64,000 bases of DNA from Sminthopsis crassicaudata. Its lineage: Eukaryota. The stretch is from assembly GCF_048593235.1 (NCBI RefSeq), contig NC_133622.1, forward strand, positions 248,748,055 through 248,812,054. The letters run 5' to 3'. The position numbers and the translations under genes were made by a program. Of the stretch, positions 33,719 to 56,275 are shown one piece after another. The number at the start of each line of letters is the position of its first letter. Position 1 is the first letter of the stretch. The notes beneath the pieces were generated by a model. That model saw nothing but the letters and a program-made list of their open reading frames with translations. It ran no database searches and was not told the DNA's origin.

Positions 33719-35135
33719 ATGGCTGCCATCCTGCCCCTTCCCCTGGCTCTCCAGGCCCGCGTCCGCCTGGCCCAGGGGCTCTGGCTCCTCTCCTGGCTGC
33801 TGGCACTGGTAGGCGGGCTCACCCTCATCTCTAGTGGCCACCTCCTGCTCCAGCTCCGGCTTCTCAGCCCTTTCTTGGACCCCGCCTGCTCCTTTCCGGC
33901 CCTCCCCAAGGCAGCCTTGGCTGCGGGGGCAGCTGCCCTGGGCCTGGGCTTCCTGGGGGCCGGAGCCACCAGAGCCGCCTTGGATGCCGCCCGCTATCCC
34001 CCCTGGCGAGGGGTGCTGGGGCCGATCCTGTTGGCCGGGACCGTGGGGGGTGGGGGCCTCCTGGCCTTGGCGGCCGGGCTGGCCCTGGCGCTGCCCGGGG
34101 GCCTGGACGCGGCTCTAGAGAAGGGTCTGGGGGCGGCCCTGGACCACTACAAGGACACGGAGGTGCCCGGGCACTGCAACGCCAAGCGGCTGCTGGACGA
34201 GCTGCAGCTGGGCTACCAGTGCTGCGGGCGGCACGGCCCCAGAGACTGGTTCGCCGTCCAGTGGATCAGCAGCCGCTATCTGGACCCCACTGACCAGGAT
34301 GTGATCGAGTAAGTCACTGAGGCTTCTTGAGTGGGCCTGCTGCAGCCCCACCCCCTTCCCCTGCCCGCCTCCCCCAAGGGCCTCCATCAGCAGCGCCCAC
34401 TCTCGGGGTCCCTGGGCCGAAGGAGCCCCCCTCAGGAGGCTCTTGGGGGTCCCTGGGCCGACGGTGCTCCCCTGGGAGGTTCTCGGGGGGCCCTGGGCCG
34501 AAGGAGCCCCCCTCAGGAGGCTTGGGGGGTCTCTCAACTGACGGCTCCCGTGCTTCTTTGGCAGCCAGATCCAGAGCAACGTGGAAGGCCGCTATCTGAT
34601 CGACGGGGTGCCCTTCTCCTGCTGTAACCCCCACTCCCCTTGGCCCTGTCTGCAGAGGAAGCTCTCCAGCACGCAGACCCGGCCTCTGTCTGACCCTCGA
34701 CAGCTCAACCTCAACCTCTGGGAACAGGGCTGCCACGGGGTGCTGCTGGGGCACCTGCGGGCGCTGGCCGGCACCCTGGGCACCCTGCTGGGCGTGACCT
34801 TCTTCCTGCAGGTAAGCTGCCCTGGGAGGCTCCGCCACTGTGGGGCGGAGGTCAGAGGCCCCAACCCTCAGCAAGCCTCTTCCCCCACTTTTCTTCCTTT
34901 GCCCTCACAGGTGCTGCTGCTCCTGGGACTCCGGTACCTGCAGACGGCTCTGGAGGGCCTGGGGGGGGCCATCGACGGGGAAGGAGAGACGCAGGGCTAC
35001 CTGTTCCCCGGAGGGCTCAAAGAGATGCTGAAAAGCGTTTTCCAGCAGGGGCTGTGCGCCCAGAGGCCCGGGCCCGAGGAGCTTCCGCCAGAGGCCCCGG
35101 CAGAGGAGGCCCCTGCCGAGGAGGCCCCGGCCTGA
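33719..35135 (+). CDS. ROM1: Rod outer segment membrane protein 1 (peripherin-family tetraspanin), 3 exons, 353 aa
   Basis: CDS exons 33719-34308, 34565-34811, 34911-35135 (590+247+225 nt); CCG and PFSCC D2-loop motifs; AATAAA 35382-35387. Confidence 0.96.
34405..34532. repeat. Three diverged ~40-bp tandem copies in ROM1 intron 1
   Basis: CCCTGGGCCGAAGGAGCCCCCCTCAGGAGGCT...GGGG repeated, middle copy diverged. Confidence 0.75.
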
Positions 35136-35924
35136 GGCAGCCACGGCAGAAGCCTAAGTCCCCCGAGAAGGGCAGCGCCGCAGAGGGCCACGAAGAAGGG
35201 GCTTCAGCGGTGCCCAGGGAGGGAGGGAGGGAAGGGAGCTAGATTAGGGGCCGCAGATGGGGAGGAGGGTATTAGCTAGAAGGATAGGCCCAGGATCCCA
35301 CCAGCCCCTCCCGTGGGCCTTCACAAGGAGGCGCCCGTCACCCAGCAACGAGACGGCAAAATTCTCCACGTGCACAAAACCAATAAAGTCAGCTTCCGGA
35401 TGCTCTCCTTCCTTTGTGTGGGGACGGGGAGGGGGCTGCTTCTCGGTTGGGGCCTGTTCCTGGCTCAGGAGGGGCTCTGGGGTGTGACCTTCTGAGGTCT
35501 GGGGGGGCACCACGGCGCCAAGCAAAGAGCCGGAGTCAGAGGCTTGACGTACTTTATTCTGGAGGTAGGAATGGGGGAACATGCTCACTGTGGGGAGGCC
35601 CCCGCAACCTCCCGACCAGGCCCCTGCGACGCATGCCCATGCCCACGAGTAACTGGACAGCACCCTCATCCACAGTCTCGGCTGCGCTTCCGGCTGGGGC
35701 CACCGGCCCGGGGCTGACCCGGCTCGACACCACCGTCCACCTGATCTCTGGCGAGCTCCACGTGACGATTCGGGGGGAGGAGCGGCCCTGGAACGGTCCC
35801 GGTGTCCACTAGGCCCAGGAGACAGACCCGGCATCTGGAGGGTCGCGACCTCGGGAGCCTGTGCGGTGCTCGGAGGGCGAGGGAACGAGGTCCTCAGCAC
35901 GGCCACGTGCCCCAGGCTCCGGGC

Positions 35925-37811
<1,887 letters not shown>

Positions 37812-38279
37812 GGCTGGGCCCGGGGAGCCTGCGGAAGGCGAGCCGGGGCTAAGGCGCGCAGAGCGGCCGGAGCTGCCCGGGCCACGGGACGAGGAGGGGG
37901 GCCATGGGCCGGCTGCGGAGGGGGCTGGGCCGACAACGCCTGGAGCGGGGGGTGGGGGAGTCACCTGGGAGGGGTCGGCGCCGGGGAGACTCGGGGGCCA
38001 GGGGATGCCAGGCTGGAGATGGAGGCTGTGGGGGCGGAGCTAAAGAGGAGGGGCGGAGACGGGATGGAGAAGCAAGGACGGGAGAACCCGGGAAGGGGCG
38101 GGGCGGGAGAGGGGGATTTCGAGGCGACCCCAGCCTCACCCTCTATGGGTCCGGGATGAGAAGCTCCCGCCTCCTCCCCCTTCCCCCTCTCCTTCCGGGC
38201 CGGTTGGCAAAGGTTAGCTTCCGGTCCCACCCCCAACTTCCGGGGCAAATCTCTTCTTGGTCCCACCCCTCAGATTTCC

Positions 38280-38400
38280 CGCGCCATTCATTTCCGGGAG
38301 CGCCGGGATCCGTGACGTCACGCCCGGGCCGCGCACCTGACGCGGCACGGAGCCACACGGGTCGAAGGCGCCTGGGACGGTCACGTGAGCCTAGTCCCCA
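38280..38400 (-). promoter_or_regulatory. B3GAT3 promoter elements (CRE and CLEAR-like E-box)
   Basis: CGTGACGTCACG palindrome at 38311-38322, GTCACGTGA at 38380-38388 and TTCCGG ETS sites in a CpG-rich segment between the GANAB polyA signal (38669-38664) and B3GAT3 ATG. Confidence 0.5.
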
Positions 38401-39378
38401 AATGGTTTTCCGCACAGCGCCCGAGGCCGAGAGGCTACAGGCCAGGCCAGAGGCAGGAGGAGCGGGCCAGCGCGACACCGTGGAGGCCTCCCAAAATATT
38501 TGGGCCCTGGGGGAGGGTCACCTGGTTCTCAGGGACCGGCCCCACTCTAGGGGAGGGGAGCTTCCAGGCCAGCACCGGAGAACGCACGGCGCGTGCGCAG
38601 GCCCCCGTTTCCGGCCCTACCCCGCCCCCATTCATGGACGCGTCTTCCAAGAGTTTCAGTTCTTTTATTGTTTTTCCGTTTATCAAAACCTATCCCTGCT
38701 CGGGCCGTGGGGAAGTAAAAAACGTCCACCAAGATGCCCCTTCCCCGTTCCTCAGGCCTCAGAGCCCCCAACCCTGGGCACACATGATCCATTGCCCCCT
38801 CGGCCAGCAATAAATACGCGGGGCGTGATGGGATGGGACGCGGCCCGGGCTCCTGCGTGGGCACGCAACCTGGGGGGAGGGGCTCGCGCGAGTTGCTTTC
38901 CGCTAAGGGGGGGGGGGGCTGCCTCCCCCACGGGCGGGAGAGATGAATGGCCCCCACAACCTTCTTTCACCCCACGCGGCCCCCACAAAGTGGGGGGTGG
39001 TCCCAGTGTATCCGTGGGATAGGAAAAGGCTGGGGGGAAGTCTCCGAGAGACTCCTTCCCTCCACTTGAGGAAAGGAGGGGGAGGGAAGGGGTCCCGATG
39101 GAGACCAGTGACCGCGGCTCAAGGGATCCAGAGCCTGAAATGAAGGCTTGAATGGGAAGTCTCAGGAAGGAGGGGGATGGGGTGCCGTGGAGGGTATGTG
39201 CGGGGCTTCCCGCACCCCGAGGGGGGAAGGGATCTGGGAAGGGGGGGGGGGGGTCCCAGCCCCTGCCCGGCCTATGGCCAGCAAATCCTGGGGCGGCCAA
39301 CAAAGCTCTGAAAGGGGGTGTGACCTCCGGGCGGAGGGAGGGGTCACTCTGGTCACGCGGGCGGGGCCGACCCTCGGG

Positions 39379-47656
<8,278 letters not shown>

Positions 47657-48065
47657 CTTGTGCCGGGTTCGATCCTTGACCCCGGCTCTCCCCTCCTCTC
47701 GCCGCCAGTCACGCTGGAACACGTGGCCCCGCGCGCCCTCCCATTCCGTAAGGCGATTGGCCACCCGAGAGCAGGGAGCCGGGCCGGCCTATGAGAGAAG
47801 CGCAGGCCCTGATGGACGGGGGCCCGGAGGCGGGAAGGAGGAGCAGGCGGCCTTTGATAGGAGGGTCCCCAACCTGCTGCGCTGCCATTGGCCCGTTTCT
47901 TCGGTCCGGCCCGCCCAGCCCCTCTTCCCCACCCCGCAGGACAGCCACACAAGTCCGGCTCATTGCAAACTGGGCAACTTTTATTCAGTGGGGGAAGAAA
48001 GAAGCGGTGGAGGGGAGAGCTCAGGCTCAGAGGAGGCGGAGGTGCGGCGCCCGGGCCGGGGCAGC

Positions 48066-51000
48066 TCAAGGGGCCGGCCTCTGCGGGGGGGCCGAGGCGG
48101 GCCAGGCCTGGAAGCGGCCAGAGAAGAGGCCCAGGCGGTCAATGTTCCTGTGCAGGACGCTGTGCAGCACGGCCAGGTGGGGGCCCCCGGCCCCTCCCCC
48201 CTCCCGAGAGAAGTCCCGGGCAAAGCGGCCCTTCTCGGGCTGGAAGGCGAACTTCTGGGGCAGGGGGCCGTGCTCCCGGAGGAAGCCCCAGACGCTGAGC
48301 AGCAGCAGCCGCACCTCGAAGGGCGCCAGCTGGCTGAACACCTCGTGCATGTTGCCCAGGGTGGGGGGCAGCAGGCTCCCCTCGGCCATGACGGCCACCA
48401 GAGTACAGGAGGCCTCCAGCTGCCAGGGGGACTGCGAGGTGTCCAGGTGGCGGGAGGCCTCCCAGTGGCCCAGGAGGGCCGCCAGGAGCCCCCGCAGCAG
48501 CACCGAACAGTAGCACAGGGCGGGGGGCGCCGCGGCCACCAGCTTCAGCAGCTCAAAGAGCAGCGGGTGCTCCCGGAATCGGCGACCGATGCGGAGGTCC
48601 CGCTCCACCGTGCTTCTGGCGTGATCTTCGGGGGGCCAGGCCAGCTCCGCCCCGGCGGCGTCCGGGCACACGCTCTCCACCAAGGTCACGGCCACGGCCT
48701 TGGCGGCCTCGGGGCTCAGCGCGGGGGCCGCCCAGCAGTCGCCGGCTGCGCCCCCGCTCGAGACGCTGCAGCAGTGCACCAAAAGGCGCAGCAGGCTCTG
48801 GGTGTTGTAGATCACCTCCTGCGCGCTCCGGGACTGGGCCGACCTGGGCGGCTTCAGGCCTCGGCCGATCACCCCGGCGTGAAACACCGACCAGACGCCT
48901 CCGGGGCCCGGCACGGCCGCCGTGTGCCGCCTGTTGGTCTCCAGCAGATAAGCAGAGGCCGAACTGGACGGCGGCACGTTCTCGTTCCCGCCTTCCCCCT
49001 CCCCCCCGAACAGCTCGGTGTTGCCCCGATGCAGAGCTCCCTCTACCAGAAGCTGGAGGACGGCTTTGAGGCCGGCCGAGGAGGCCTGGGAGAGCCGGAT
49101 GAGCAGCTGGGAAGCCGAGGAGACCCCCGGGGGCCCGTGGAGCCTCAGGGAGGCGAAGAATCGGGACACGCCAGCCCTCACCAAGCTCAGGAGCTGGGCA
49201 GGGAGCAGGGCTCCCCGAGGAAAGGGGCAGATGGCCAGCAGGGACGAAGCTGCTTCGGCGACTTCCTCTTCCGGGTGCAGCAGGAGGGGAGCCAGGTCTG
49301 GAAGTTGGGCAGAGACAGCCTCCCCGACACGGGCCCCCAGGGCGGTGGGCCCCTCCCCGCCCTGCTGCTCCCACCCCACCAGCAGAGTCAGGTTGCGGAG
49401 AAGCCTGGCCGTGAAGGGGGGGAGCAGCGTCCCTGCGTGGACTCGCGCCAGACAACTGCACAAGGTCAAGGGCAGCAAGCCAGAGAGACTGACCACCAGC
49501 CCAGCGAAAAGCTGCGTGGCCAGGCTCAACTCGTCTGGCGTTCGGGCCCGGCTCAAGAGATGGCCCAAGGCTTCCGGTCCACAGCTGGGCCGGGTATAGA
49601 CGGACAGCAGGCCCAGGAGCTGGTGCTGCCAAAGGAAGCGCTTCCGCTCCAGCCTCAAGGTCTCCCCACACAGCTCTCCGACGTGGTTCCGCAGGGCATC
49701 GAGGAAGGGCACCGGGCGGGGCGGGGGAGGGGGACCCAGAAGCCCGTCCCCAGGGGACCCTCCCCGATTGTGCACGAGCTTCTGTAAGTGCAGCAGCAGC
49801 AACTGGATGAGCCGGTCACAGGCCTCGCGGACGGCATCGGGGACGGCCAGGCCGGGGGGCGTGATGACGGAAGCCGGCATGGCCGTGTCCACCAAGAACT
49901 GGAGGAGGCGGTAAGCTCCGGCCCCGGACGCCTGGCTGACCAGGTGGACCGCGAGGCTCAGCATGTTGTCCAGCTCCTCTCGGCTAAAGACCTGCAGGTG
50001 CTGCTGAAGCTGGCTCAGGACCGACGGGGGCTTCAGGCAGTCCACCAGCTCCCCGGACACGGTGCCCAGCAGGGCTGGCGACATGACTGCCAGCTGCAGC
50101 AAGAAGGGCACCGTAGCCTGGAGGGAGGGGTCGCTTCCACGCACCCCAGAGCCCGCGGCCAAGCTCTCGTGGAACATTCGAAGGAGCTCGCGGCGGATGC
50201 TGTCCCCGTGGCGAGAGGCCAGATGTCCCAGGATGCCCACGACGGAAGCAATCTTGGGCACACGCTTCTCTCCGGGGACGGCTGCGGTCGAGGGGAAGGC
50301 ATCTGCTGAAGGGGTCGGAGGGGGACCGCCCGCCCCTCCGCTTCCCCCTCCAGCCCCACCATGGACACAAAAATCCTTGAGTCCACAAGAGAGCACCCGA
50401 GAGATGATGGTGCCGGGGAAGGAGGAGCCGATGTGGGCCACGACCCAGTCAAAATGCGGCGAATGCTGGACAGACGTGTCCAAGAGGGCATCCACGCAGG
50501 CGTCGGGACAGCTCCCGATGAGGGCCGACAGGCACTGCACGTAAATGTCCATGAGCGTGCGGGTGGCGCGGCAGCCCATCCACAGCTGCAGCAGCTCGTT
50601 CAGGGAGCCGGCGGCGTGGGGCACCCGCTGGTGCCGCCCAGAGTACTTGCTGCTGAGCTGTCCCATCAGGTCGATGGACCAGGCGCTGACCACGGGGGCC
50701 CAGGCCTTGGGATTAGCCCGGATGAACTCCGAGAGCACCTGCTGTACCTCCTGGATGACGTCCTCCAGGCCAGGACCCCCCGAAGGAATGTGGGAAGGGA
50801 GCGGCGGGCGCAGGTGCTGCGGGCCGGTGCTGGCGACATCATCCAGAGTGGCCAGGTGGGTGCGGACGCTCTCGTCGAAGACGCCTCTCAGGTGGTCGAG
50901 GACGGCGGCGCGGGCAGGGGGCAGGGAGCGGAGCAGCAGGAGGCCACAGCGTGCGTGGTCCCGGGTCGAGAGCTGATGGCCCAGCACGGGGTCGACCCCG

Positions 51001-52975
51001 GTTAGGAAGGCCTTGATCTCCTGAGCCAGCTCCTGGGCGCTGCGAAGGAGGGAGAGAAAGGGCGGTCAGGCAGGACCGCGCGGCTCCGGCGGGCGCTGGG
51101 AGGGGCCGCAGCCAGGCCTCCCTCCGAGCGTTCCCAGCAGCGGTCAGCCCAGCGCCGAGGAGCCCCGTCCCCTCCCGGCCTCCCACTGCTTCTGGCCGCG
51201 CTTCCTCCTCCCCGGCGGCCCTTCCCTCGGCTCCTGGCTCGGAAGATTACTTGAAGGGGCGGCCATGATCCTCCCTCCTGCCACCAGCCACACGTGGCCT
51301 CCCCCTCCCCACCATGTGCCCGTCCTCCTAAACTCGGGCTGCGGCCGAGAACCAGCCGAGGCCCCTCGTGGGTCGGGGAAACCGAGGCCGGTCAAAGTGA
51401 GGGCTGCGGCCCGCAGGGCCGCCCGACCCCCCCAACCACTGCACAAAGGAGGACACGGGCCTGGAAAGGGGACAAAGGACATGGCGCAGGCCACAATCCT
51501 CGGACACAGGAGGCGGCAGGTGGAAAGACAGCTCAGCCCTTCTGGAGCCTGGCACAAGCCTGCCCATCACCCCCTGCCCATCCCCCCCCCGGCCCCTCAC
51601 CCCCGGCCCCGTCACCCCCGGCCCGTCACCCCCGACCCCGTCACCCCGGCCCCGTCACCCCCGGCCCCTCACCCCCGACCCCTCACCCCCGGCCCCTCAC
51701 CCCCGGCCCGTCACCCCCGGCCCCGTCACCCCGGCCCGTCACCCCCGGCCCGTCACCCCCGGCCCCGTCACCCCCGACCCCGTCACCCCCGGCCCGTCAC
51801 CCCAGACCCGTCACCACCGACCCCGTCACCCCCGACCCCGTCACCCCCGGCCCCGTCACCCCCCGGCCCCTCACCCCCGGCCCGTCACCCCCGGCCCCCT
51901 CACCCCCGGCCCCTCACCCCCGGCCCGTCACCCCCGGCCCGTCACCCCCGACCCCGTCACCCCCGGCCCGTCACCCCCGGCCCCCTCACCCCCGGCCCCG
52001 TCACCCCCGACCCCGTCACCCCCGGCCCGTCACCCCCGGCCCCTCACCCCCGGGCCCGTCCCCCCCGGCCCGTCCCCCCGGCCCGTCCCCCCCGGCCCGT
52101 CACCCCCGACCCCGTCACCCCCGGCCCCTCACCCCCGGCCCCTCACCCCCGGCCCCTCACCCCCGGGCCCGTCACCCCCGGCCCGTCCCCCCGGCCCGTC
52201 CCCCCCGGCCCGTCACCCCCGACCCCGTCACCCCCGGCCCCTCACCCCCGGCCCGTCACCCCCGGCCCAGTCACCCCCAGGCCTCGCCTTCCTCCCCAGT
52301 CTGGACGTGGGGCTCGGAGCCCCTGAAACTTCTATTTGAAGAACACCTCCCCTCCAGGCCTGGCCCTCCCCCCATGCTCCCGCCGTAGGGGGGTCTCTCC
52401 GGGGCCTCTGGCCGCGCCCCCTCCCCCGTTCCTCCAGATGGCTGGGTCTCCCCCAGTCCGGGCCCATCCCCTCTCTTCCCCAGAGGCCCGGCCGACACGC
52501 CCCCCCCCCCCTCAAAGCTGCCTCCCGGGTGCCGCTCCCCTCCGGCTCTGCCCGCCCTCCCCCACTCCCCTTTACCGAGGGGCAGCAGCTGTGGGGAGCC
52601 TGGGCCCCGACCACGCCCAGCCGGCTGCACCCTCCGCAGGAGCAGCGGCGGGGGAGAGTGGGGGCGGGTACGGGGGGGAGTACGGGGAGGTGCCCCAGGC
52701 CCCGAGCTAGGCTCCACCCTCCCCACCTTCTTCCCTCTGGGGCCTCAGTTTCGCCGGCTCTAAAGCGAGGAGGCGGAACAGGCCGGCTCCCGGCTTCCGC
52801 CCAGCCCCTTGGCCTCAGTTTCCTCATCTGTACAATGGGGAGGGATGGACGATTTCTAAGAGCTGACCCGGGGCGGCGCGATGCCGGCGCCCACGCACCT
52901 GAGCGGGGACGCGGGCCCGTGGGTGGCGGGCGCGGGTGGGGCCGGAGGCCCGGAGGGATCGCACAGAGCCGACAT
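48066..52975 (-). CDS. INTS5: Integrator complex subunit 5, 2 exons, 1016 aa
   Basis: Exon 1 52975-52899 ([14 protein letters not shown]...), exon 2 51039-48066 ([18 protein letters not shown]...[15 protein letters not shown]); total 3051 nt; AATAAA (minus) 47985-47980. Confidence 0.97.
51588..52278. repeat. Minisatellite, 13-15-bp unit, about 50 copies, INTS5 intron
   Basis: (G/C)TCACCCCC(G)G(G/A)CCC(C) repeated; G-rich on the INTS5 sense strand. Confidence 0.96.
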
Positions 52976-54074
52976 CCCGGGCCCGGAGCCGGCAGCGGCA
53001 GCGGCTGGAGGGGTGGCGGGGGCGGGAGCGGCGGAACGCGGCTGGCGCATGCGCGCTGGGAGGACTGCGAGTGGCGGAACCTGCCGGGGAGGGTGGCGCG
53101 CAAAAAAGTCCGGCGTCGTCCGGAACCGCCGAAAGAGCGTTCCGCGCCCATCCGGGTCCCAGCAAGGGGCGGGCTGAGGAAGGGGCGGGGCCCGGAAGGG
53201 GAGGGTCCGATCCCTGAATGTCCGAGCTGGAAGTCCCACCCCTTCGTTGCCCAGGGAGGGAAACTGAGACGCTGGAGAGTTCTACCGGCGTCTCCACACC
53301 TGCTCCCTGACCGGGCCGGCCCTAGTGCCGCAGCGCTGCAGCCCGGGAAAGGAGGCTTCCGCTGGCATCGCGAAGTCCTGTAAAATGGGCTGATGACAAG
53401 CGCCTGGCTCCGAGGGGGGAGGGGCGCAGGGAGCAGAGGAGCAGGTCCGAGGCGGGGGACGCTTTCGAGAGACAGGGACACGTCATCTCTGGGTCTCAAC
53501 ATCTTCATCTGTAAAATGGATGGAAAATGGCACCTATCCCCGAAGATACCGAGTGGGTTGGGACTGAGTGTGGTAAACTGCCCCCTTTCCGCGCTTCTTT
53601 TCTTGGGACTCCAGAATTCTGGATCAATTGTCCAGAGGGATCAATCCTGGGTTAACTCTTTACTCCCTGGAGCTTTTAGAAATCCAACCACTTGCCATTA
53701 AGCACCTGGAAAGCAGGCGCATGAAGCCGAGAAGCCGCCCTTTCAGTGGAAGAGAGGAGGCTGGCTGCCCCCTCAGAACAAGCAAAAGCCGAACGGGGCG
53801 GGGCAGGGAGGGAGAGAGGACGGGGGAGGACCTGCTAAGCGCTTGCCGGGTGCTGACTACTCACCCATCCGTCTCACGGATTTTATTCCTGGTCCAGAGT
53901 CTAGGTATGACCGGTACCAGATTGCGGTCTTGGGGAGGGGCGAGTTAAGGGAGGGAGGAGGAAAATGTTGGAACTCAAAATCTTACAAAGACGAACAATG
54001 AAAACTATCTACGTATAATTGGGAAAATAAAATACAATTTCATTAGTGAAGTGTGGGGCAAGCAGAGCAAAGGT

Positions 54075-54240
54075 TCACGGGAGCAACTGGTGGTGCAGTG
54101 GCAGAGCACAGGCACCAGAGCGGGAACACCTGAGTCGAGTTGGACCTCAGACACTTAACGAGCTCCGTAACCTTGGACAATTTGCTAGCTGTGTGACCCT
54201 GGACGAGTCACTTAACTCCAACTGCCTCACCCTCCCCCCC
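54075..54240 (+). mobile_element. tRNA-derived/CORE SINE remnant
   Basis: ggtggtgcagtggcagagcac...cctgagt...cctcagacacttaa...tttgctagctgtgtgaccctggacgagtcacttaactccaactgcctc then C/A tail. Confidence 0.75.
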
Positions 54241-54679
54241 CCCAAAAAAAAAACTTATTTTTTAGTTTATGATGTTTGGAAGTGGGGCTGGGAGGTTCGG
54301 TATAACTAGGTAATCATGAGTTAGAATGATTTGTCCTGAGTGATAGAACTTTGTCTTTTATTTCCCAAAGAATTCCATATAATAATGCCCAGCATTCATA
54401 CATCTGTTTAAGGAGCTACTCTATAGATATTATCTCAATTTATTCTTATAACAACCTCAGGTAATTGGGAGGAGATGAGTAAATGACTTGCCCCTTGTTA
54501 CTAACGACTATTAGAGAAAATTTTAACTCAGGTCTTCCTGACTCCAGATTACCTGACTTTTTTTACTCATATTACTTTGAATTGAGCAACTGCAGTGAGG
54601 AAGCAGAGATAAGAACACTGGGAAAGGACTGACTGACACATGTTTTTGCACTTAGAGGGCCTTGTTAGACGCTGAAGTT

Positions 54680-55760
54680 GTTCTATAGTACAGTAAGCAA
54701 ATTGCTGCAAAAATGTTTGCAGCAGGGGCAAGGAACTGGAAAGTGGATGCCCATCAGTTGGAGAATGAATAATTTACAATATAATAAAGGTTATGGAATA
54801 TTGTTTTATAAGAAATGATCGTTTACATGAACAGAAGTAAGCAGAACCAGAATATATTGTACACAATAACAGTAAGAACTTTCAATGATCAAGTATGAAA
54901 GACTCAGTTCTTCTCAGTGATTCAAAGCAATCCCAATAGACTTTGGACAGAAAATGCCATCTGCATCCAGAAAGAACTGAGATTTTAATCTGTCCCTTGC
55001 CTTTTCTCTTTTGCTCTGATTTTTCTCTCCCAATATGATTCACAAAGCAACGTGTGTTAAAATAAACAAATGAAAGGAAATGAAAGTGATGAAAGCCAAA
55101 GTATTATCAATTTTAAAAAGTAAAATAAAAGCTTTGTACTACTATAAAGGCTCCACTGCATCCCTTCAAGTTTTTAATTCTGTGAAATGAGCCATTCTAC
55201 ATATTTTGCCTCTGGCCTTTAACCATTTTACAAAGTGCTAAGATGCTAAAAATTCTGCTTATAGTAACAAAAAAAATGCTACCAATAGGGGTTTAAAAAA
55301 ATGATCGATAGGATGATGGCTGGAAAGACTTATATGAACTGATGCTAAGTGAGGAGATCCAAAAGAACATTGTACAGATCCAAGATTATGTAATGATGAG
55401 CTATGATGGATATGGCTCTTTTTCAACAATGAGGTGGTTCAGACCAATTCCACAAGACTTGTGATGGAGTGAGTCGTGGGCATCCAGGAAGAGGACTATG
55501 GGGACTGAATATGAATCACAACATAGTATTTTCACCTTTTTTGTTTGATTTTTTTTTCTTTTTCATTATTTTCTCCTTTTGATCCAATTTTTCTTGTGCA
55601 GCACAATAAATGTGAAAATTATAGAAGAGCTGCACATTTAACATGTATCGGATTACTTGCTATCTAGGTGAGGGAGAAAAATTTGAAACACAAGGTTTTG
55701 CAGAGGCGAATGTTGAAAACTATTTTTGCATATATTTCGAAAATAAAACATTATTAAATA
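54680..55760 (+). mobile_element. Two adjacent LINE-1 3' remnants (~54680-55140 and ~55290-55760)
   Basis: ggatgcccatcagttggagaatg, gcagaaccagaa...tgtacacaataacag and ctggaaagacttatatgaactgatgct match L1 3' text seen elsewhere in the window; boundaries approximate. Confidence 0.7.
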
Positions 55761-56084
55761 GAACCCTCAGTCTTGGGGGCAGGATCATCTCCTGGGAATC
55801 AGCTCATGCCCCTGGCTTGGCTCCCCAGCCTTTTACTCTATCATCATCCTTCCACAGAGACTCACAAATGCTCCAGCCAGAACTCAAACAACTTTATTAC
55901 AAACTTATCACTAGTGAGCCCCGGACCTCCCTTCTTTCCTCCCCAGGAAGCAAAGCAAACAGTACTGAAGCTCCCCTGTCAAAGCAAAGGGACTTGAATG
56001 AGACACAGGAGGGCAGGGGGGGAAAGGTCAGGGCCATGGCCTTTTGGAAGCCCATGGTGGGAGGGGGACACCTAGGAGGCAAAA

Positions 56085-56190
56085 TGGATAGTGTGTCAGG
56101 CCCAGAGTTTGAATCCAGCTTCAGGTACCTATTAGCTCTGTGACCCTGGGCAAATCCCACCCTCTTGACTGCCTCGGAAAATTAAAAGAA
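56085..56190 (+). mobile_element. SINE remnant in the C11orf98 3' UTR
   Basis: gtcaggcccagagtttgaatccagcttcag...tagctctgtgaccctgggcaaatc...tgcctc plus A-rich tail. Confidence 0.65.
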
Positions 56191-56275
56191 AGAGCAGCAG
56201 CAGCAGCTGCCTATGGGCAGGGGCTCTGCCTCCTTGTCCTAACTGAAGGAATGGCCTCTTTGAGATGGTGGGGGC

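Noticed and set aside
47715-47765. Possible ER-stress element in the GANAB promoter
   Set aside because: CCAAT and CCACG are present but about 28 nt apart rather than the 9 nt of ERSE; ERSE-II match also imperfect.
51265-52388. 353-364-aa Pro-rich extensin-like ORFs
   Set aside because: Translation of the INTS5 intronic minisatellite.
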